Shown piece by piece: positions 9,647 to 19,523 of a stretch of DNA of 64,000 nt. The stretch spans positions 6,522-70,521 of the forward strand of contig RHKY01000031.1 in the NCBI GenBank assembly GCA_008363385.1, written 5' to 3'. The notes beneath the pieces are model-generated. The model ran no database searches, had not been told where the DNA came from, and saw only the letters and a program-made list of their open reading frames with translations. Position numbers and translations under genes: made by a program. The stretch is from Acidobacteriota bacterium (GTDB lineage Bacteria; Acidobacteriota; Thermoanaerobaculia; UBA5066). The first letter of the stretch is position 1. Each line of letters opens with the position of its first letter.

Positions 9647-11497
9647 TCAGGCCTCGAACGCGGCGCCCGGGTGTGCGGCGAGCCACTCGTGAAGCACCCA
9701 GAGGGCCCAGAGCTTGACCCCGCCCCGGTCGGCGTCCAGGAGCCGTCGCGCCGCCGCCGGCTCCAGGAGCCCGCCCACGCCAGTCTTCTCGTCCAGGATC
9801 GCCGCCGTCATCCGCTCACGCCGCTTTGGGTCGAACCACCGCTGCGTCGGCAGGCCGAAGCCCTTCTTCGGTGCGTGCACGATCTCGCGATCGAGGTAGC
9901 GCTCGGCCAGCCGCTTCAAGAGGAGCTTCGTGACCGTCCCCCGGCCGTAGAGGCTCCGGATCTTGAGCTCCGACGGCATCGTCGCGACGAGCTCGACGAC
10001 GACGTGGTCGAGCAGCGGGACACGCACCTCGAGGCCGTGGAACATGCTCGCGACGTCGACCTTCGTCAGGATGTCGCCCGGGAGGTACCACCGGAAGTCG
10101 AACCACTGGATCTGCGAGCAGAGATCCAGGCCCTTCATCTCGTCGCGGGAGAGCTCGAGCAGAGAGGGGTGGCCCGTCGCCGCCTTCCGCCAGGGAGATC
10201 GCCAGAGCTGCCGCCGCTCCTCGAGCGTGAACGCCGCCCGCGACCGGGCCAGGACCTCCAGCGGGGCCCTCTGCCCCGCCCCCTCCCGGAGCCACGCGAG
10301 CACGGGCCTGCCGACGCGGCGAGCGAGGGCTCCCAGACTCCTCGAAGGGAACAGGAAGCTCTCCAGCGTGCCGGCGAGCCACGGGTAGCCCGCGAAGGAC
10401 TCGTCCCCGCCGTCTCCCGACAGCACGACTTTCACGAACCTGCGTGCCAGCCGTGACACGATCCAGGTCGGGACCGCCGACGAGTCCCCGAACGGCTCGC
10501 CGTAGTGCCGGGCCAGGATCGGCAGGATCTCGTCCGACCCTCCCTCCAGGACCTCGAGGTGATGCTCCACCCCCAGCGCGCGCGCCACCGCTCTCGCCTT
10601 GGGAGCCTCGTCGAACTCCTCGTCGTGGTGCCCGATCGTGAAGGACCGGACTCCCCCGGCCGCCTGCCTGGCGACGTAGGCCGTGACCAGGCTCGAGTCC
10701 AGGCCTCCGGAGACGAACGTACCGACCGGGACGTCCGCGACCCTGTGGAGGCGGACCGCCTCCTCCAGGCAAGCGTCGAGCCTCTCCAGCCACTCGTCCT
10801 CCGTCGGCGCGGTATCGGGGGCGAACCTCGGTGCCCAGTACCGCCGGGACTCCATGGTTCCATCCGCGTCGACGCGCAGCCACGTCCCCGGCTCCAGCTT
10901 CCGGAGCCCGGCGAACACCGTGAGGGGGGCGGGGACGTACAGCAGCTCCAGGTACCAGTCGAGCGCGACCGGGTCGATCCGTGACGGAGGATCGTCGAGG
11001 GCCCGGAAGGCGGACAGCTCCGACGCGAAGTCCAGCCTGGACCCGCGGTGCCAGTAGAGCAGAGGCTTGATCCCGAGCCGGTCCCGGGCCAGGAAGAGCG
11101 TCCGAGCCTTCGCGTCCCAGATCCCGAACGCGAACATCCCGCGCAGCCGCTCGAGGACGCCTTCGCCCCACTCCGCGTACCCGTGGAGGATCGTCTCGGT
11201 GTCGCTGCGGGTCCGGAACCGGTATCCGGCCCCCTCGAGCTCCGCCCGGAGCTCGAGGTAGTTGTAGATCTCGCCGTTGAAGGTGATCCCGAGAGTGCCG
11301 CTGTCGTCGAAGAGGGGCTGACGCCCGCCTTCCAGGTCGATGATCGCCAGCCGGCGGTGCCCGAGCGCCACCGGCCCGAGGATCTCCACGCCCCGGCCGT
11401 CGGGCCCCCGATGCGCCAGCGCGTCCGTGACCCGTTCGATCTCCGCGCCGTCCGGCCGCTGGCCGTCGAACCGCACGACGCCGGCGATCCCGCACAT
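9647..11497 (-). CDS. asnB: Asparagine synthetase (glutamine-hydrolysing) family amidotransferase
   Basis: N-terminal MCGIAG Ntn-glutaminase nucleophile. PP-loop SGGLDSS in synthetase domain. 616 aa. In glycan loci these act as sugar-carboxylate amidotransferases (WbpS-like). Confidence 0.85.
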   Translation of the reverse strand: MCGIAGVVRFDGQRPDGAEIERVTDALAHRGPDGRGVEILGPVALGHRRLAIIDLEGGRQPLFDDSGTLGITFNGEIYNYLELRAELEGAGYRFRTRSDTETILHGYAEWGEGVLERLRGMFAFGIWDAKARTLFLARDRLGIKPLLYWHRGSRLDFASELSAFRALDDPPSRIDPVALDWYLELLYVPAPLTVFAGLRKLEPGTWLRVDADGTMESRRYWAPRFAPDTAPTEDEWLERLDACLEEAVRLHRVADVPVGTFVSGGLDSSLVTAYVARQAAGGVRSFTIGHHDEEFDEAPKARAVARALGVEHHLEVLEGGSDEILPILARHYGEPFGDSSAVPTWIVSRLARRFVKVVLSGDGGDESFAGYPWLAGTLESFLFPSRSLGALARRVGRPVLAWLREGAGQRAPLEVLARSRAAFTLEERRQLWRSPWRKAATGHPSLLELSRDEMKGLDLCSQIQWFDFRWYLPGDILTKVDVASMFHGLEVRVPLLDHVVVELVATMPSELKIRSLYGRGTVTKLLLKRLAERYLDREIVHAPKKGFGLPTQRWFDPKRRERMTAAILDEKTGVGGLLEPAAARRLLDADRGGVKLWALWVLHEWLAAHPGAAFEA

Positions 11498-11498
11498 C

Positions 11499-12476
11499 TC
11501 AGCCCGCGGCCCGGTAGAAGCCGGCGATCCTGTCGATGATCTCGTCCAGCCGCGTGACCGGCTCGAAGCCGATCAACTCACGGATCCGGGTGATGTCGGG
11601 CACCCGTCGCGTCATGTCCTCGAAGCCGGACTGGTACGCCTCCTCGTAGGGGATCAGCTCTATCGCGGACGCGCTCCCGAGACGCGCCCGGACGCGTTCC
11701 GCCAGCTCGAGGATGCTCACCTCTTCCTGCGATCCGATGTTGTACACCTTGCCTCGAGCGTCCGGGCGCTCCATGAGCCGGCACAGCGCCACCACGACGT
11801 CGCCGACGTAGCCGAAGCAGCGCCTCTGGCTGCCATCGCCGTACACCGTCAGCGGCCGCCCCGCGAGGGCCTGCTGCACGAAGGTCGGCATGACCATGCC
11901 GTACCGGCCCGTCTGACGCGGCCCCACCGTGTTGAAGAGCCGCGCGACGGTCACCGGGAGTCCCTTCTCCCTGAAGTAGGCGATGCCGAGGAACTCGTCC
12001 AGCGCCTTGCTGCAGGCGTAGGCCCAGCGGCCCTTGCTCGTCGGGCCGAGCACGAGGTCGTCCTCCTCCGAGAACGGGAGCTTCGTCGCCTTCCCGTACA
12101 CCTCCGAGGTCGACGTGATCAGTACGGGCACCCGTCGCTGGGCCGCCGCCTCGAGAACGGCTTCCGTGCCTCTCACGTTCGTCTCGATGGTACGGACCGG
12201 GCTCTCGACGATGAGCTTCACCCCGACCGCGGCGGCCAGGTGGAAGACACCGTCGACCCCCTCGAGAGCCTCGGCCACGGTTCCCGCGTCCATCACCGAG
12301 CCTTGGACGAACTCGAACCCCTCGCTCCCTCTCAGGCCCGCAAGGTTCTCGAGGCTTCCGGTCGAGAGGTCGTCCAGGACGACGACCTGGGCCCCCTCGC
12401 CCACCAGGGCCTCGCAGAGGTGGCTCCCGACGAACCCCGCGCCTCCGGTGACGAGATACCTCGGCTGCAAGCTCAC
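11499..12476 (-). CDS. SDR-family NAD-dependent sugar epimerase/dehydratase
   Basis: TGGAGFVGSH Rossmann motif and YxxxK catalytic pair (YACSK). 325 aa. Confidence 0.8.
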   Translation of the reverse strand: MSLQPRYLVTGGAGFVGSHLCEALVGEGAQVVVLDDLSTGSLENLAGLRGSEGFEFVQGSVMDAGTVAEALEGVDGVFHLAAAVGVKLIVESPVRTIETNVRGTEAVLEAAAQRRVPVLITSTSEVYGKATKLPFSEEDDLVLGPTSKGRWAYACSKALDEFLGIAYFREKGLPVTVARLFNTVGPRQTGRYGMVMPTFVQQALAGRPLTVYGDGSQRRCFGYVGDVVVALCRLMERPDARGKVYNIGSQEEVSILELAERVRARLGSASAIELIPYEEAYQSGFEDMTRRVPDITRIRELIGFEPVTRLDEIIDRIAGFYRAAG

Positions 12477-12501
12477 TCTCCTTCCATTCCGTCGCTCGTG
12501 G

Positions 12502-13470
12502 TCAGACAGGCACGCGTGAGATGGCCACCCGCGCGCGGCGGAGCAGCCGGTCCTTCAGCGGAGGCGGCGGAACCTCGCGCATGACGTCCTCGAGCTTCTC
12601 GAGCATCTCCCCCGGCAGCTCTCGGCCCCGCCTGTCGGACGCGCCCGGGCCGTGCCATCGCCTCCAGAGGTCCGCGTACCTCATCCGGAGGCCTCGCGGG
12701 ACTTCGTTCTCCCGCCGATACCTCGCCAGCGAGACGAGGCTCGTCACGGTGCCTTCCCAGTAGAGCCAGTTGTTGCGGCGCGACTCGTGGCTGACCGAGC
12801 TCTCGACAGTCCGGTACAGGACGCCGACGTACCGGCGGTGCGCGAACTTCCCGGGCCCCTCGAGGACCCGCGCGATCAGGTCCGTGTCCGAAGCGCACCC
12901 GAACCGCTCGTCGAGCCCTCCCATCTCCTCGAGCCGCTCGCGCCGAAGCATGACTCCGTCCCCGGCCCAGAGCTGGTGCCCGTGCGAGGCCACCGCGTAC
13001 CAGTCCGCGCACGGCTTGACGTGGTCGGAGAACGGGTCGATTCCCGCGCCGCGCATCGCGTCGTCGGCCGGGAACCCGCCGATCGGCTCGAGATCCTCCC
13101 CACAGGTCAGCGTCCGGACTCCGGCTCCCACCACCGCGGGATCCTCGAGGGCCTCCACCAGCTCCTCGAGCGTGCGTGGCCGGAAAGCGTCGTCGGCGTC
13201 GATCTTCATCACGAGCGTCCCCGTGGCGCGGCGGAGGCACTCGTTCCAGTTCCCGGTCACGCCTCGGTTCCGGTCATTCCGGAAGACCCGGATCCGGTCG
13301 TCCGCGCGCGACAGCGCTTCCAGCCGCACGACCGTCTCGTCCGAGCTGCAGTCGTCGCAGGCGACGATCTCCCATCCCGCGAAGGTCTGTCCCTGGACGC
13401 TCCGCACCGTGCCCTCGACGAAAGGCCCCGCGTTGTAGGCCGGGAGGAGGACGGAGACGGAGGGCTTCAC
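12502..13470 (-). CDS. Glycosyltransferase family 2
   Basis: VSVLLPAYNAGPFVEGTVRSVQGQT, IVACDDCSSDET, KIDADD motifs. GTG 13470..13468 overlaps TGA of upstream GT4 (GTGA). N-extension of track ORF discarded. Confidence 0.75.
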   Translation of the reverse strand: MKPSVSVLLPAYNAGPFVEGTVRSVQGQTFAGWEIVACDDCSSDETVVRLEALSRADDRIRVFRNDRNRGVTGNWNECLRRATGTLVMKIDADDAFRPRTLEELVEALEDPAVVGAGVRTLTCGEDLEPIGGFPADDAMRGAGIDPFSDHVKPCADWYAVASHGHQLWAGDGVMLRRERLEEMGGLDERFGCASDTDLIARVLEGPGKFAHRRYVGVLYRTVESSVSHESRRNNWLYWEGTVTSLVSLARYRRENEVPRGLRMRYADLWRRWHGPGASDRRGRELPGEMLEKLEDVMREVPPPPLKDRLLRRARVAISRVPV

Positions 13471-14606
13471 CGGGCCTTCTCCTCGAGGACCTCGTCGTAG
13501 AGGTCCATGTACTCCTTCGCCATCCGATCCAGCGAGAACGCCGCCAGCGCCCGCCGTCGAGCCGCCTCTCCCATGCGGCGCCTGAGCTCCGGCTCCCGCC
13601 CGAGGGTCCACATGCGGTCGACCATCCGGTCGAGCTCCCCCTTGCCGATGACGAAGCCGGCCTCGCCATCCCCCAGGAGCTCCTCGGCGCCGGCCGCCGA
13701 GAGCACCAGCGGGATGCCGCACGCCATGGCCTCGAGGACCGCGTTCGAGCACCCCTCGCGCGGGGACACCAGCACCATCCCGTCGCAGCCGGCCAGCAGC
13801 CGTGGCACGTCGTTCACGAGACCGACGAAGTGCGCTCGATCCGCGACGCCCAGCTCCGCCGCCCAACGCTGTACCTCTCCGTCCGCCAGGTCACGGCCGG
13901 CGAAGACGACGTGCACCGTTCGGTCGGTCGCCTTCGCGAGGGCGAGCGCGATCAGAACGGGAAGCTGTCCCTTGTACGGGCTCAGGTTCGCTACGCAGGC
14001 CAGGACGGCGCCCCCTTCGGGGACTCCGAGGCGCCGCCTGAGCTCCAGGTCCGGCGGCATGGGACGGAACAGCTCCGTGTCGACGCCGTTCCGGATCACC
14101 TGCACCTTCCTGCTGGCCGGTCCGTCCGCGTAGAAGGCCTCCGCGATGTGCTCCGTCACCGCCACGATCCGATCCGCCATCCGCTCGCGCACCTCCCAGC
14201 TCCGCACGGGGCCGTGGCGATAAAGGTCCGACTTCCGGATCAGATACGCGGGCACCCGGCCCAGCCGCACCGCCCACGGCTCCGTCCACCAGGCGTTACT
14301 GCAGAAGGAATGGACGACGTCGAACCTCGAGAGCCCGACCGCGGCTACGGGCAGATTCCATATGAGCCGGCGGCGTGCCCCCTCCTGCATCGCCCAGCGC
14401 TGCTCCCGGACCTCGATTCCGAGGGCCTCGTAGGCCTCGCGAAGGTCACCCTTTCTTGACCGCACCCACAGGGTCGGCTGGAAGCGACCGCGGTCGAGGC
14501 GGCTCAGCAGGTTCAGGAGGGCCCGTTCGGCGCCGCCCGCGGTCATGTCGTGGTTCATGAAGAGGACCCGTCTCGCGCCTGGGCGACGGATCGGAAGACG
14601 CTTCAT
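13467..14606 (-). CDS. Glycosyltransferase family 4
   Basis: RVLFMNHDMTAGGAERALLNL N-term (GT4 N-domain). CVANLSPYKGQ, EAMACGIPLVLS, GFVIGKG C-domain. ATG 14606..14604 overlaps TGA of upstream gene (ATGA). Confidence 0.75.
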   Translation of the reverse strand: MKRLPIRRPGARRVLFMNHDMTAGGAERALLNLLSRLDRGRFQPTLWVRSRKGDLREAYEALGIEVREQRWAMQEGARRRLIWNLPVAAVGLSRFDVVHSFCSNAWWTEPWAVRLGRVPAYLIRKSDLYRHGPVRSWEVRERMADRIVAVTEHIAEAFYADGPASRKVQVIRNGVDTELFRPMPPDLELRRRLGVPEGGAVLACVANLSPYKGQLPVLIALALAKATDRTVHVVFAGRDLADGEVQRWAAELGVADRAHFVGLVNDVPRLLAGCDGMVLVSPREGCSNAVLEAMACGIPLVLSAAGAEELLGDGEAGFVIGKGELDRMVDRMWTLGREPELRRRMGEAARRRALAAFSLDRMAKEYMDLYDEVLEEKAR

Positions 14607-15784
14607 GCCTGGCGGGCCCCGAGGATCCGCCTCTTTATCGGCGACAGTCCCCCCTTCAATCGGTACCAGAAGCTGCGAACGAAGTAGCCCCGGAGCGTGC
14701 TGCGTCGGGCGTTCGCGTAGAAGCGAACGGCCTCGGAGATGCTGCGCCTCCGCCCCGGCGGCGCAGCCTCGGCCCCAGCGACTGGCCTCTCCCCGGCCAC
14801 CAGGCGCCGCCAGATCTCCGCGTGCCGCCGCGCGTAGGTCCGCCACGTCAGCTCTCGCACCCCGTTCACGCGTCGCCGGCGCTCCCGGCCGATCGCCTCG
14901 AACACCGCAATCAGCTCTGCGGCGTTCGAGAACGGATGCGTGATCCCCCCGTCGATGTCGAGGTGGAATCCCTGCGGTGTCGTGATCGTCTCGACCCCGG
15001 CGGCGAGAGCGTCCAGCGTCCCCATCGAGCCTTCGTCGAAGCCGGTGTACAGGTAGAAGTCGAAGCCAGGGATGGCCTCCAGCGTCGTCCGGTAGTCCAC
15101 ATCCATGTCCGTCGACCCCGGCTCGTACCGGACCGTCGCACCCGCCCCCTCCAGCAAGGGAACGACTCTCTCCCAGCCCCTTCCGAAGATCCGGAACTCG
15201 AACTCGCTCAGATCGACCTTCGCCGCCATCGCGACGATCAGGTCCTCCCGCTTTCGACCGTCCGGATACAGCCTCGAGGTGATCCCCACGACCAGCCGGC
15301 GCGGCGCGACCGCGGAATCGTGCGCGGGGAGCACGTAGCAGAGCTTCGACGGGTCGATTCCGCTCCGGACGAGCTGCCCGAGAGTGTCCGTGGACATGCA
15401 GATGCCGAGATCCACGGCCCGGTCCAGGCTTTCTTTGAGCGCCGCCAGCTTGAGCGGGTCGTCGATGTGGGTGACCAGCGAAGTGGCCTTCGCCCGTCGC
15501 GAAGGCGGTCCGTTCCTCGAGTAGTAGCCCGGCGCGGGGAACGCCGATGTCCAGGGCTCCGAGTAGGTCAACCAGTGGTTCACGTCCACCGACTCTGCCG
15601 GCGCCTCCCCCACGTCGACCTCGACGCCGAATTCGGGCAGGTGCTCGACCATGCGCCGTGCGAACTTGCCGATGATCCAGCCCGCGTTGAGGCTGTCCAG
15701 GACGATCCGGACGGTGAGCCTTCGGGTCCCGCCCGGGCGGTCCGAATCCCCGGCGGCCCGCTCCCTATGAGTCAATGCGCTCAT
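14603..15784 (-). CDS. Putative glycosyltransferase (GT1/GT4-like GT-B fold)
   Basis: 393 aa, first gene of operon. C-terminal GFDEGSMGTLDALAAGVETITTPQG resembles the GT-B C-domain (E-x7-E region). Family assignment not secure. Confidence 0.5.
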   Translation of the reverse strand: MSALTHRERAAGDSDRPGGTRRLTVRIVLDSLNAGWIIGKFARRMVEHLPEFGVEVDVGEAPAESVDVNHWLTYSEPWTSAFPAPGYYSRNGPPSRRAKATSLVTHIDDPLKLAALKESLDRAVDLGICMSTDTLGQLVRSGIDPSKLCYVLPAHDSAVAPRRLVVGITSRLYPDGRKREDLIVAMAAKVDLSEFEFRIFGRGWERVVPLLEGAGATVRYEPGSTDMDVDYRTTLEAIPGFDFYLYTGFDEGSMGTLDALAAGVETITTPQGFHLDIDGGITHPFSNAAELIAVFEAIGRERRRRVNGVRELTWRTYARRHAEIWRRLVAGERPVAGAEAAPPGRRRSISEAVRFYANARRSTLRGYFVRSFWYRLKGGLSPIKRRILGARQA

Positions 15785-16009
15785 TCGAACCGGTCGTCAA
15801 AGCACGGGCGGAAGCCATGCCGCCGCTCCAGGAAATGGCGAAACGGCTCGAAGTGCTTGCGGACCGCACGCCGCCACTCAATCATGGATCGCACGTCCTC
15901 TCATTGTCTTGCCTCTCCCGTCTCCCCGCCTTCATCCCTACTTGGTGGCCTCCTGCAACACGTACTCGGCTCCGGGCACCGCTCGTCGCCCCGTCCGCTG
16001 GACCGAAGA

Positions 16010-16747
16010 TCATTGCTCCGAGCTGCAGATCAGCCAAATCCCCTCTGAGGCATCGCCCGTCCACACCGATTCCAGAACGCGGACGACAGGGTACGACGCT
16101 CGACAGCGTCTTTCCCACCAGGCGGGGCTGTTGTTGTAGAAGCTCTGCAGGGTCTTCACCCATCCCTCGTCGCGCCCGCTTCGCGAGACGGGCACCATGT
16201 GAAACGAGGTACCCTTGACGACGCGCTGACACTCGCAGAGCACCCTCTCGATCCCTTCCTCGGTGAAGTGCTCCAACGACCCGATCGTGTAGGCGTAATC
16301 GAAGCTACCGTCGGGGTATGGCAGGGATGCTGCGTCGGCTACCATGAGTCGATCCCCTGCGATTCCCCGCTCCTTCGCCTTTCCGATTAGCAGATCCGAG
16401 ATGTCGCATCCGTGGACCTCGATCTCGGGGAATCGCTCGAGGAGGCTCATCGTCTTTCCGGTTCCGCACGCGATATCCAGGATCCGACCCTTTCGATCGC
16501 TCATCAGAAGCTGGATCTCCCGCCAGACGGTCTTCTCGCCCCACGTCTCCAGGATCTCGGCCATCTTGGGATCCCAGTAGACCTCGAGGTCTTGGGTGCC
16601 GGGCTGCGTGGTATTCCGATCCGGCCCCTGCTCCGTCGTTTCTCCCTTTGACCAGGACAGTCGTTTGCGAGCGGCCCGCAGCCCTCTCCACGCGATCGGC
16701 GGGCAGACCTCCCGGAGCACGTTCTTCACCATCTGCGACGCAGCCAC
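16010..16747 (-). CDS. Class I SAM-dependent methyltransferase
   Basis: ILDIACGTGKTM motif I, acidic CDISD motif II. 245 aa. Last gene of second glycan operon. Confidence 0.75.
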   Translation of the reverse strand: MAASQMVKNVLREVCPPIAWRGLRAARKRLSWSKGETTEQGPDRNTTQPGTQDLEVYWDPKMAEILETWGEKTVWREIQLLMSDRKGRILDIACGTGKTMSLLERFPEIEVHGCDISDLLIGKAKERGIAGDRLMVADAASLPYPDGSFDYAYTIGSLEHFTEEGIERVLCECQRVVKGTSFHMVPVSRSGRDEGWVKTLQSFYNNSPAWWERRCRASYPVVRVLESVWTGDASEGIWLICSSEQ

Positions 16748-16828
16748 AGCAACACACCTCCCATCACGTTCATCGAAGGTCGCCGCGCCTCGGCACCAGC
16801 GATCCCCGTATCGTCGGACCTGCTTGGA

Positions 16829-17581
16829 TCACGCCGAAGAAGATCGCCGAAGAAGGAAGCCGTGAAGACCGCCGACGTCTCGTTCCGCAATCAGCGAGTA
16901 CTCGCGGCGCCACAGCGCCTGTAGCCCGTCTCGGTTTCTCACATAGCCCGCGAACGAGCTGCGGGTACCGCGAAGTTGGCGCGCGGCAAGCGCCTTGACT
17001 TCCCGCCACCAGTACTCCACCGACAGCAGGCCGCTGGGCACGAAGAGGACGTACTCGGCCCCGGCCTGCGCGAGCCGAAAGAAGACCCGCTTCCACTCTC
17101 GATTCGAGAACGACGTCTCCACTCGGTGCAAGAGATACAGCCGCTCCGGATGGGTGGGCATTGGATCGCGAGTCAGGTCGAGGACACGGATCTCGTCACA
17201 CTCGTGGAACACCGCGGAGAGCCTCTTCCTCCAGCCGTCGCCGACATCGCTCACAGCGAGGTGGAGATCCGGGGCTTTCGACTTGAGGTTGAACTCGAGG
17301 TAGGCACCACCGACTCCGAAGGACTCGATCCCCGTCAGCCGCAGCTCCCTTACGACGGCGACGATGGCGTCGGCCCGAGCCGTGAGGTTGCCGGTCCCGT
17401 CCTTCTCGGCGCCCCCCGTGCAATGACGCAGCCACTCCTCCCGGACGGGGCTGATAGAGAAAAACGTCTCCCTTGGTTCCGTCCGAAGACCGTCCCAATC
17501 CTCGGCCGACCGCAGCGCGCCGGTCACCAGCACCGCGGAACTCCCCCCGAACGGGTAGTAGCGCCGCATCGTGAATCTCAC
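16829..17581 (-). CDS. Hypothetical protein (glycan-locus associated)
   Basis: 250-aa ORF with non-repetitive composition, co-directional and tightly packed in operon. No motif recognised with confidence. Confidence 0.35.
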   Translation of the reverse strand: MRFTMRRYYPFGGSSAVLVTGALRSAEDWDGLRTEPRETFFSISPVREEWLRHCTGGAEKDGTGNLTARADAIVAVVRELRLTGIESFGVGGAYLEFNLKSKAPDLHLAVSDVGDGWRKRLSAVFHECDEIRVLDLTRDPMPTHPERLYLLHRVETSFSNREWKRVFFRLAQAGAEYVLFVPSGLLSVEYWWREVKALAARQLRGTRSSFAGYVRNRDGLQALWRREYSLIAERDVGGLHGFLLRRSSSA

Positions 17582-17612
17582 TCAGACCGTCTTCCCATCT
17601 GCTCGTCGCGCC

Positions 17613-18380
17613 TCATTCCGGCCGCCTCGCGAGGCACAGAATGTGCCACGTGTTGGCCTCGATGCGCCGCTCTTCCTCGAACCCGGCGAGCCAGGAGACC
17701 GGAACGAGGTCGGCGCGTTCCAGGAGCACGCTCATCTCGGGCACGGAGAAGTACCGGTTCCTATGCTCTTCTCGCGTGACCTGATACCGGCCGTCGCTCG
17801 AGAGCTCGTACAGGCTGTAGCTGACGGTCCCGACCTGCTCCTCGACCTCGAGCTTTGTCTCGGCGATCCGGAGCAGCTCCGTTCCGCCCAGGTGCCACCG
17901 CCGCACGCCGACAGGTCGGTAGTGTCGGAGCATCGCCGGGGCATGCCAGAACTCGAAGACGAAGAGGCCGCCGCGCCGGAGGTGAGAGCGGACGCGTCGC
18001 AGGACCTGCTCGACCGCCTCGTTCGTCACTACGTAGCCGATCGAGTCGAACAGGCAGTAGGCCGCGTCGTATTCGTCTCCGACGCTCAGCTCCCGCATGT
18101 CCTGCACCCGGAAGTCGATCTCGAGATTCCGCTCGGCGGCCTTTGCCCGCGCGAGCGCGATCATGTCCGGGGAAGAGTCCACCGCCACGATCCGGTACCC
18201 ACGCCTCGCCAGCTCCAGGGCGTGCTCTCCGGTGCCGCACGCGAGTTCGAGGAGCCGCCGACAAGAGCCCACGCCGTGCTGCCGCAGGCAACGGTCCACG
18301 AAGCCCGCCTCTTCCGCGTACGGCTTCTCGGCGTAGATGACGTCGTACAGCGCCGCGTGTCGACCCGTGTAAGGCAGCAT
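17613..18380 (-). CDS. Class I SAM-dependent methyltransferase (sugar N-/O-methyltransferase-like)
   Basis: LLELACGTGEHALELARRGYRIVAVDSSPDM motif I/II. Resembles TylM1/DesVI-type aminosugar N-methyltransferases. Confidence 0.8.
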   Translation of the reverse strand: MLPYTGRHAALYDVIYAEKPYAEEAGFVDRCLRQHGVGSCRRLLELACGTGEHALELARRGYRIVAVDSSPDMIALARAKAAERNLEIDFRVQDMRELSVGDEYDAAYCLFDSIGYVVTNEAVEQVLRRVRSHLRRGGLFVFEFWHAPAMLRHYRPVGVRRWHLGGTELLRIAETKLEVEEQVGTVSYSLYELSSDGRYQVTREEHRNRYFSVPEMSVLLERADLVPVSWLAGFEEERRIEANTWHILCLARRPE

Positions 18381-18389
18381 GCTCGGGCC

Positions 18390-19523
18390 TCACCGCGCGG
18401 CCGAGGGCACGCCACGCCGCTTGCGGGCTTCCCCGATCGCGTCGGCCACGCGGTCGATCGAGCTCTCGGAGAGCCCCGGCGAAGAGGGTAGGTACAGCCC
18501 CGTCTCCCAGAGCCGGTCGGCCACGGGGCACGGCTCCGCCCGGAAGCCAGGCAGTCGGCGAAGACAGGGCTGCTGGTTCATCGGACAGAAGAACGTACGG
18601 GTCTCGATCCCCTCCGCGCGCAGGAAGGCGGCGAGCTCGTCACGTCCGAGCCCGAACTCCGGCTCCACGACCACGCCGTACATCCAGTAGACGTTCCTCG
18701 CCCACTCCTTCTCGACGGGCAGCCTGAGCCCGGGGATTCCCCTCAGCCGCGCCGAGTACCGACTTGCCACTGCCCGCTTGGCTTCCAGGATCTCCCCGAT
18801 CCGGCGCACCTGGCTGACGCCCATCGCGGCCTGGTACCCGGTCATGCGGAAGTTGTATCCGGCCACCTCGTGACGGAAGCGTGGCTGGGTGAAGCCGAGG
18901 TTCCGCAGCAGACGGAGGCGCTCCGCCAGAGCGTCGTCGTTCGTCACGACCATCCCGCCTTCCCCTGTCGTGACGATCTTGTTCGCGTAGAAGCTGAAGC
19001 AGCCCATGTCCCCGAAGCTGCCGGTGACGCGCCCGCGGCACGTCGCGCCGTGCGATTCCGCGCAGTCCTCGATCACCACGAGGCGGTTCCTGCGGGCGAT
19101 CTCCGTCAACCGATCCATGTCCACCGGGTGCCCGAAGAGGTGCACGGGGACGATCGCTCGCGTTCGCGAGCCGATCAGGGGCTCCACGCGGTCGAGGTCC
19201 AGGTTCCAGGTCTCCGCCTCCGAGTCCACCGGCACCGGGAGCGCACCGTTGTGGACGGCCGCGAGCGCGGTCGCGATGTTCGTGCTCGCGCTGACGAGCA
19301 CCTCGTCGCCCGGTCCGATCCCTGCCGCGGCCACCGCGAGGTGCAGCGCCGTCGTGCCGCTGCTGACGGCGACTCCGTGCCGACTGCCAACGAATGCCGC
19401 GAACGACTCCTCGAATTCGGGGATGGAACGTCCGAACGACCCCGAGATCTCGCCCCGCCTCAGCGCTTCGACGACGGCCTGGACGTCCTCCTCGGAGACG
19501 CTGGGATCGAAGACGGGGATCAT
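18390..19523 (-). CDS. DegT/DnrJ/EryC1/StrS-family PLP-dependent sugar aminotransferase
   Basis: Conserved PLP lysine region SFYANKIVTTGEGGMVVTND. ATG 19523 (MIPVFDPS...) overlaps TGA of upstream gene (ATGA). 377 aa. Confidence 0.85.
   Translation of the reverse strand: MIPVFDPSVSEEDVQAVVEALRRGEISGSFGRSIPEFEESFAAFVGSRHGVAVSSGTTALHLAVAAAGIGPGDEVLVSASTNIATALAAVHNGALPVPVDSEAETWNLDLDRVEPLIGSRTRAIVPVHLFGHPVDMDRLTEIARRNRLVVIEDCAESHGATCRGRVTGSFGDMGCFSFYANKIVTTGEGGMVVTNDDALAERLRLLRNLGFTQPRFRHEVAGYNFRMTGYQAAMGVSQVRRIGEILEAKRAVASRYSARLRGIPGLRLPVEKEWARNVYWMYGVVVEPEFGLGRDELAAFLRAEGIETRTFFCPMNQQPCLRRLPGFRAEPCPVADRLWETGLYLPSSPGLSESSIDRVADAIGEARKRRGVPSAAR

Noticed and set aside
7674-9686. 670-aa track ORF spanning two glycosyltransferases
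   Set aside because: Only the C-terminal 322 aa (from GTG 8642) has GT2 motifs. The N-part overlaps the upstream GT2 gene in another frame and is Arg/Gly-rich. Treated as one over-extended ORF, not a fusion.
9816-11495. 559-aa ORF in alternative minus frame over asnB; 8210..9451 plus-strand 413-aa ORF
   Set aside because: Arg/Pro/Gly-rich. Overlaps the strongly supported AsnB and GT2 genes.
15785-16009. 225-bp intergenic gap between the two glycan operons, checked for tRNA/ncRNA
   Set aside because: No cloverleaf-compatible stems or conserved tRNA boxes seen. Most plausibly promoter of the first operon and terminator of the second.
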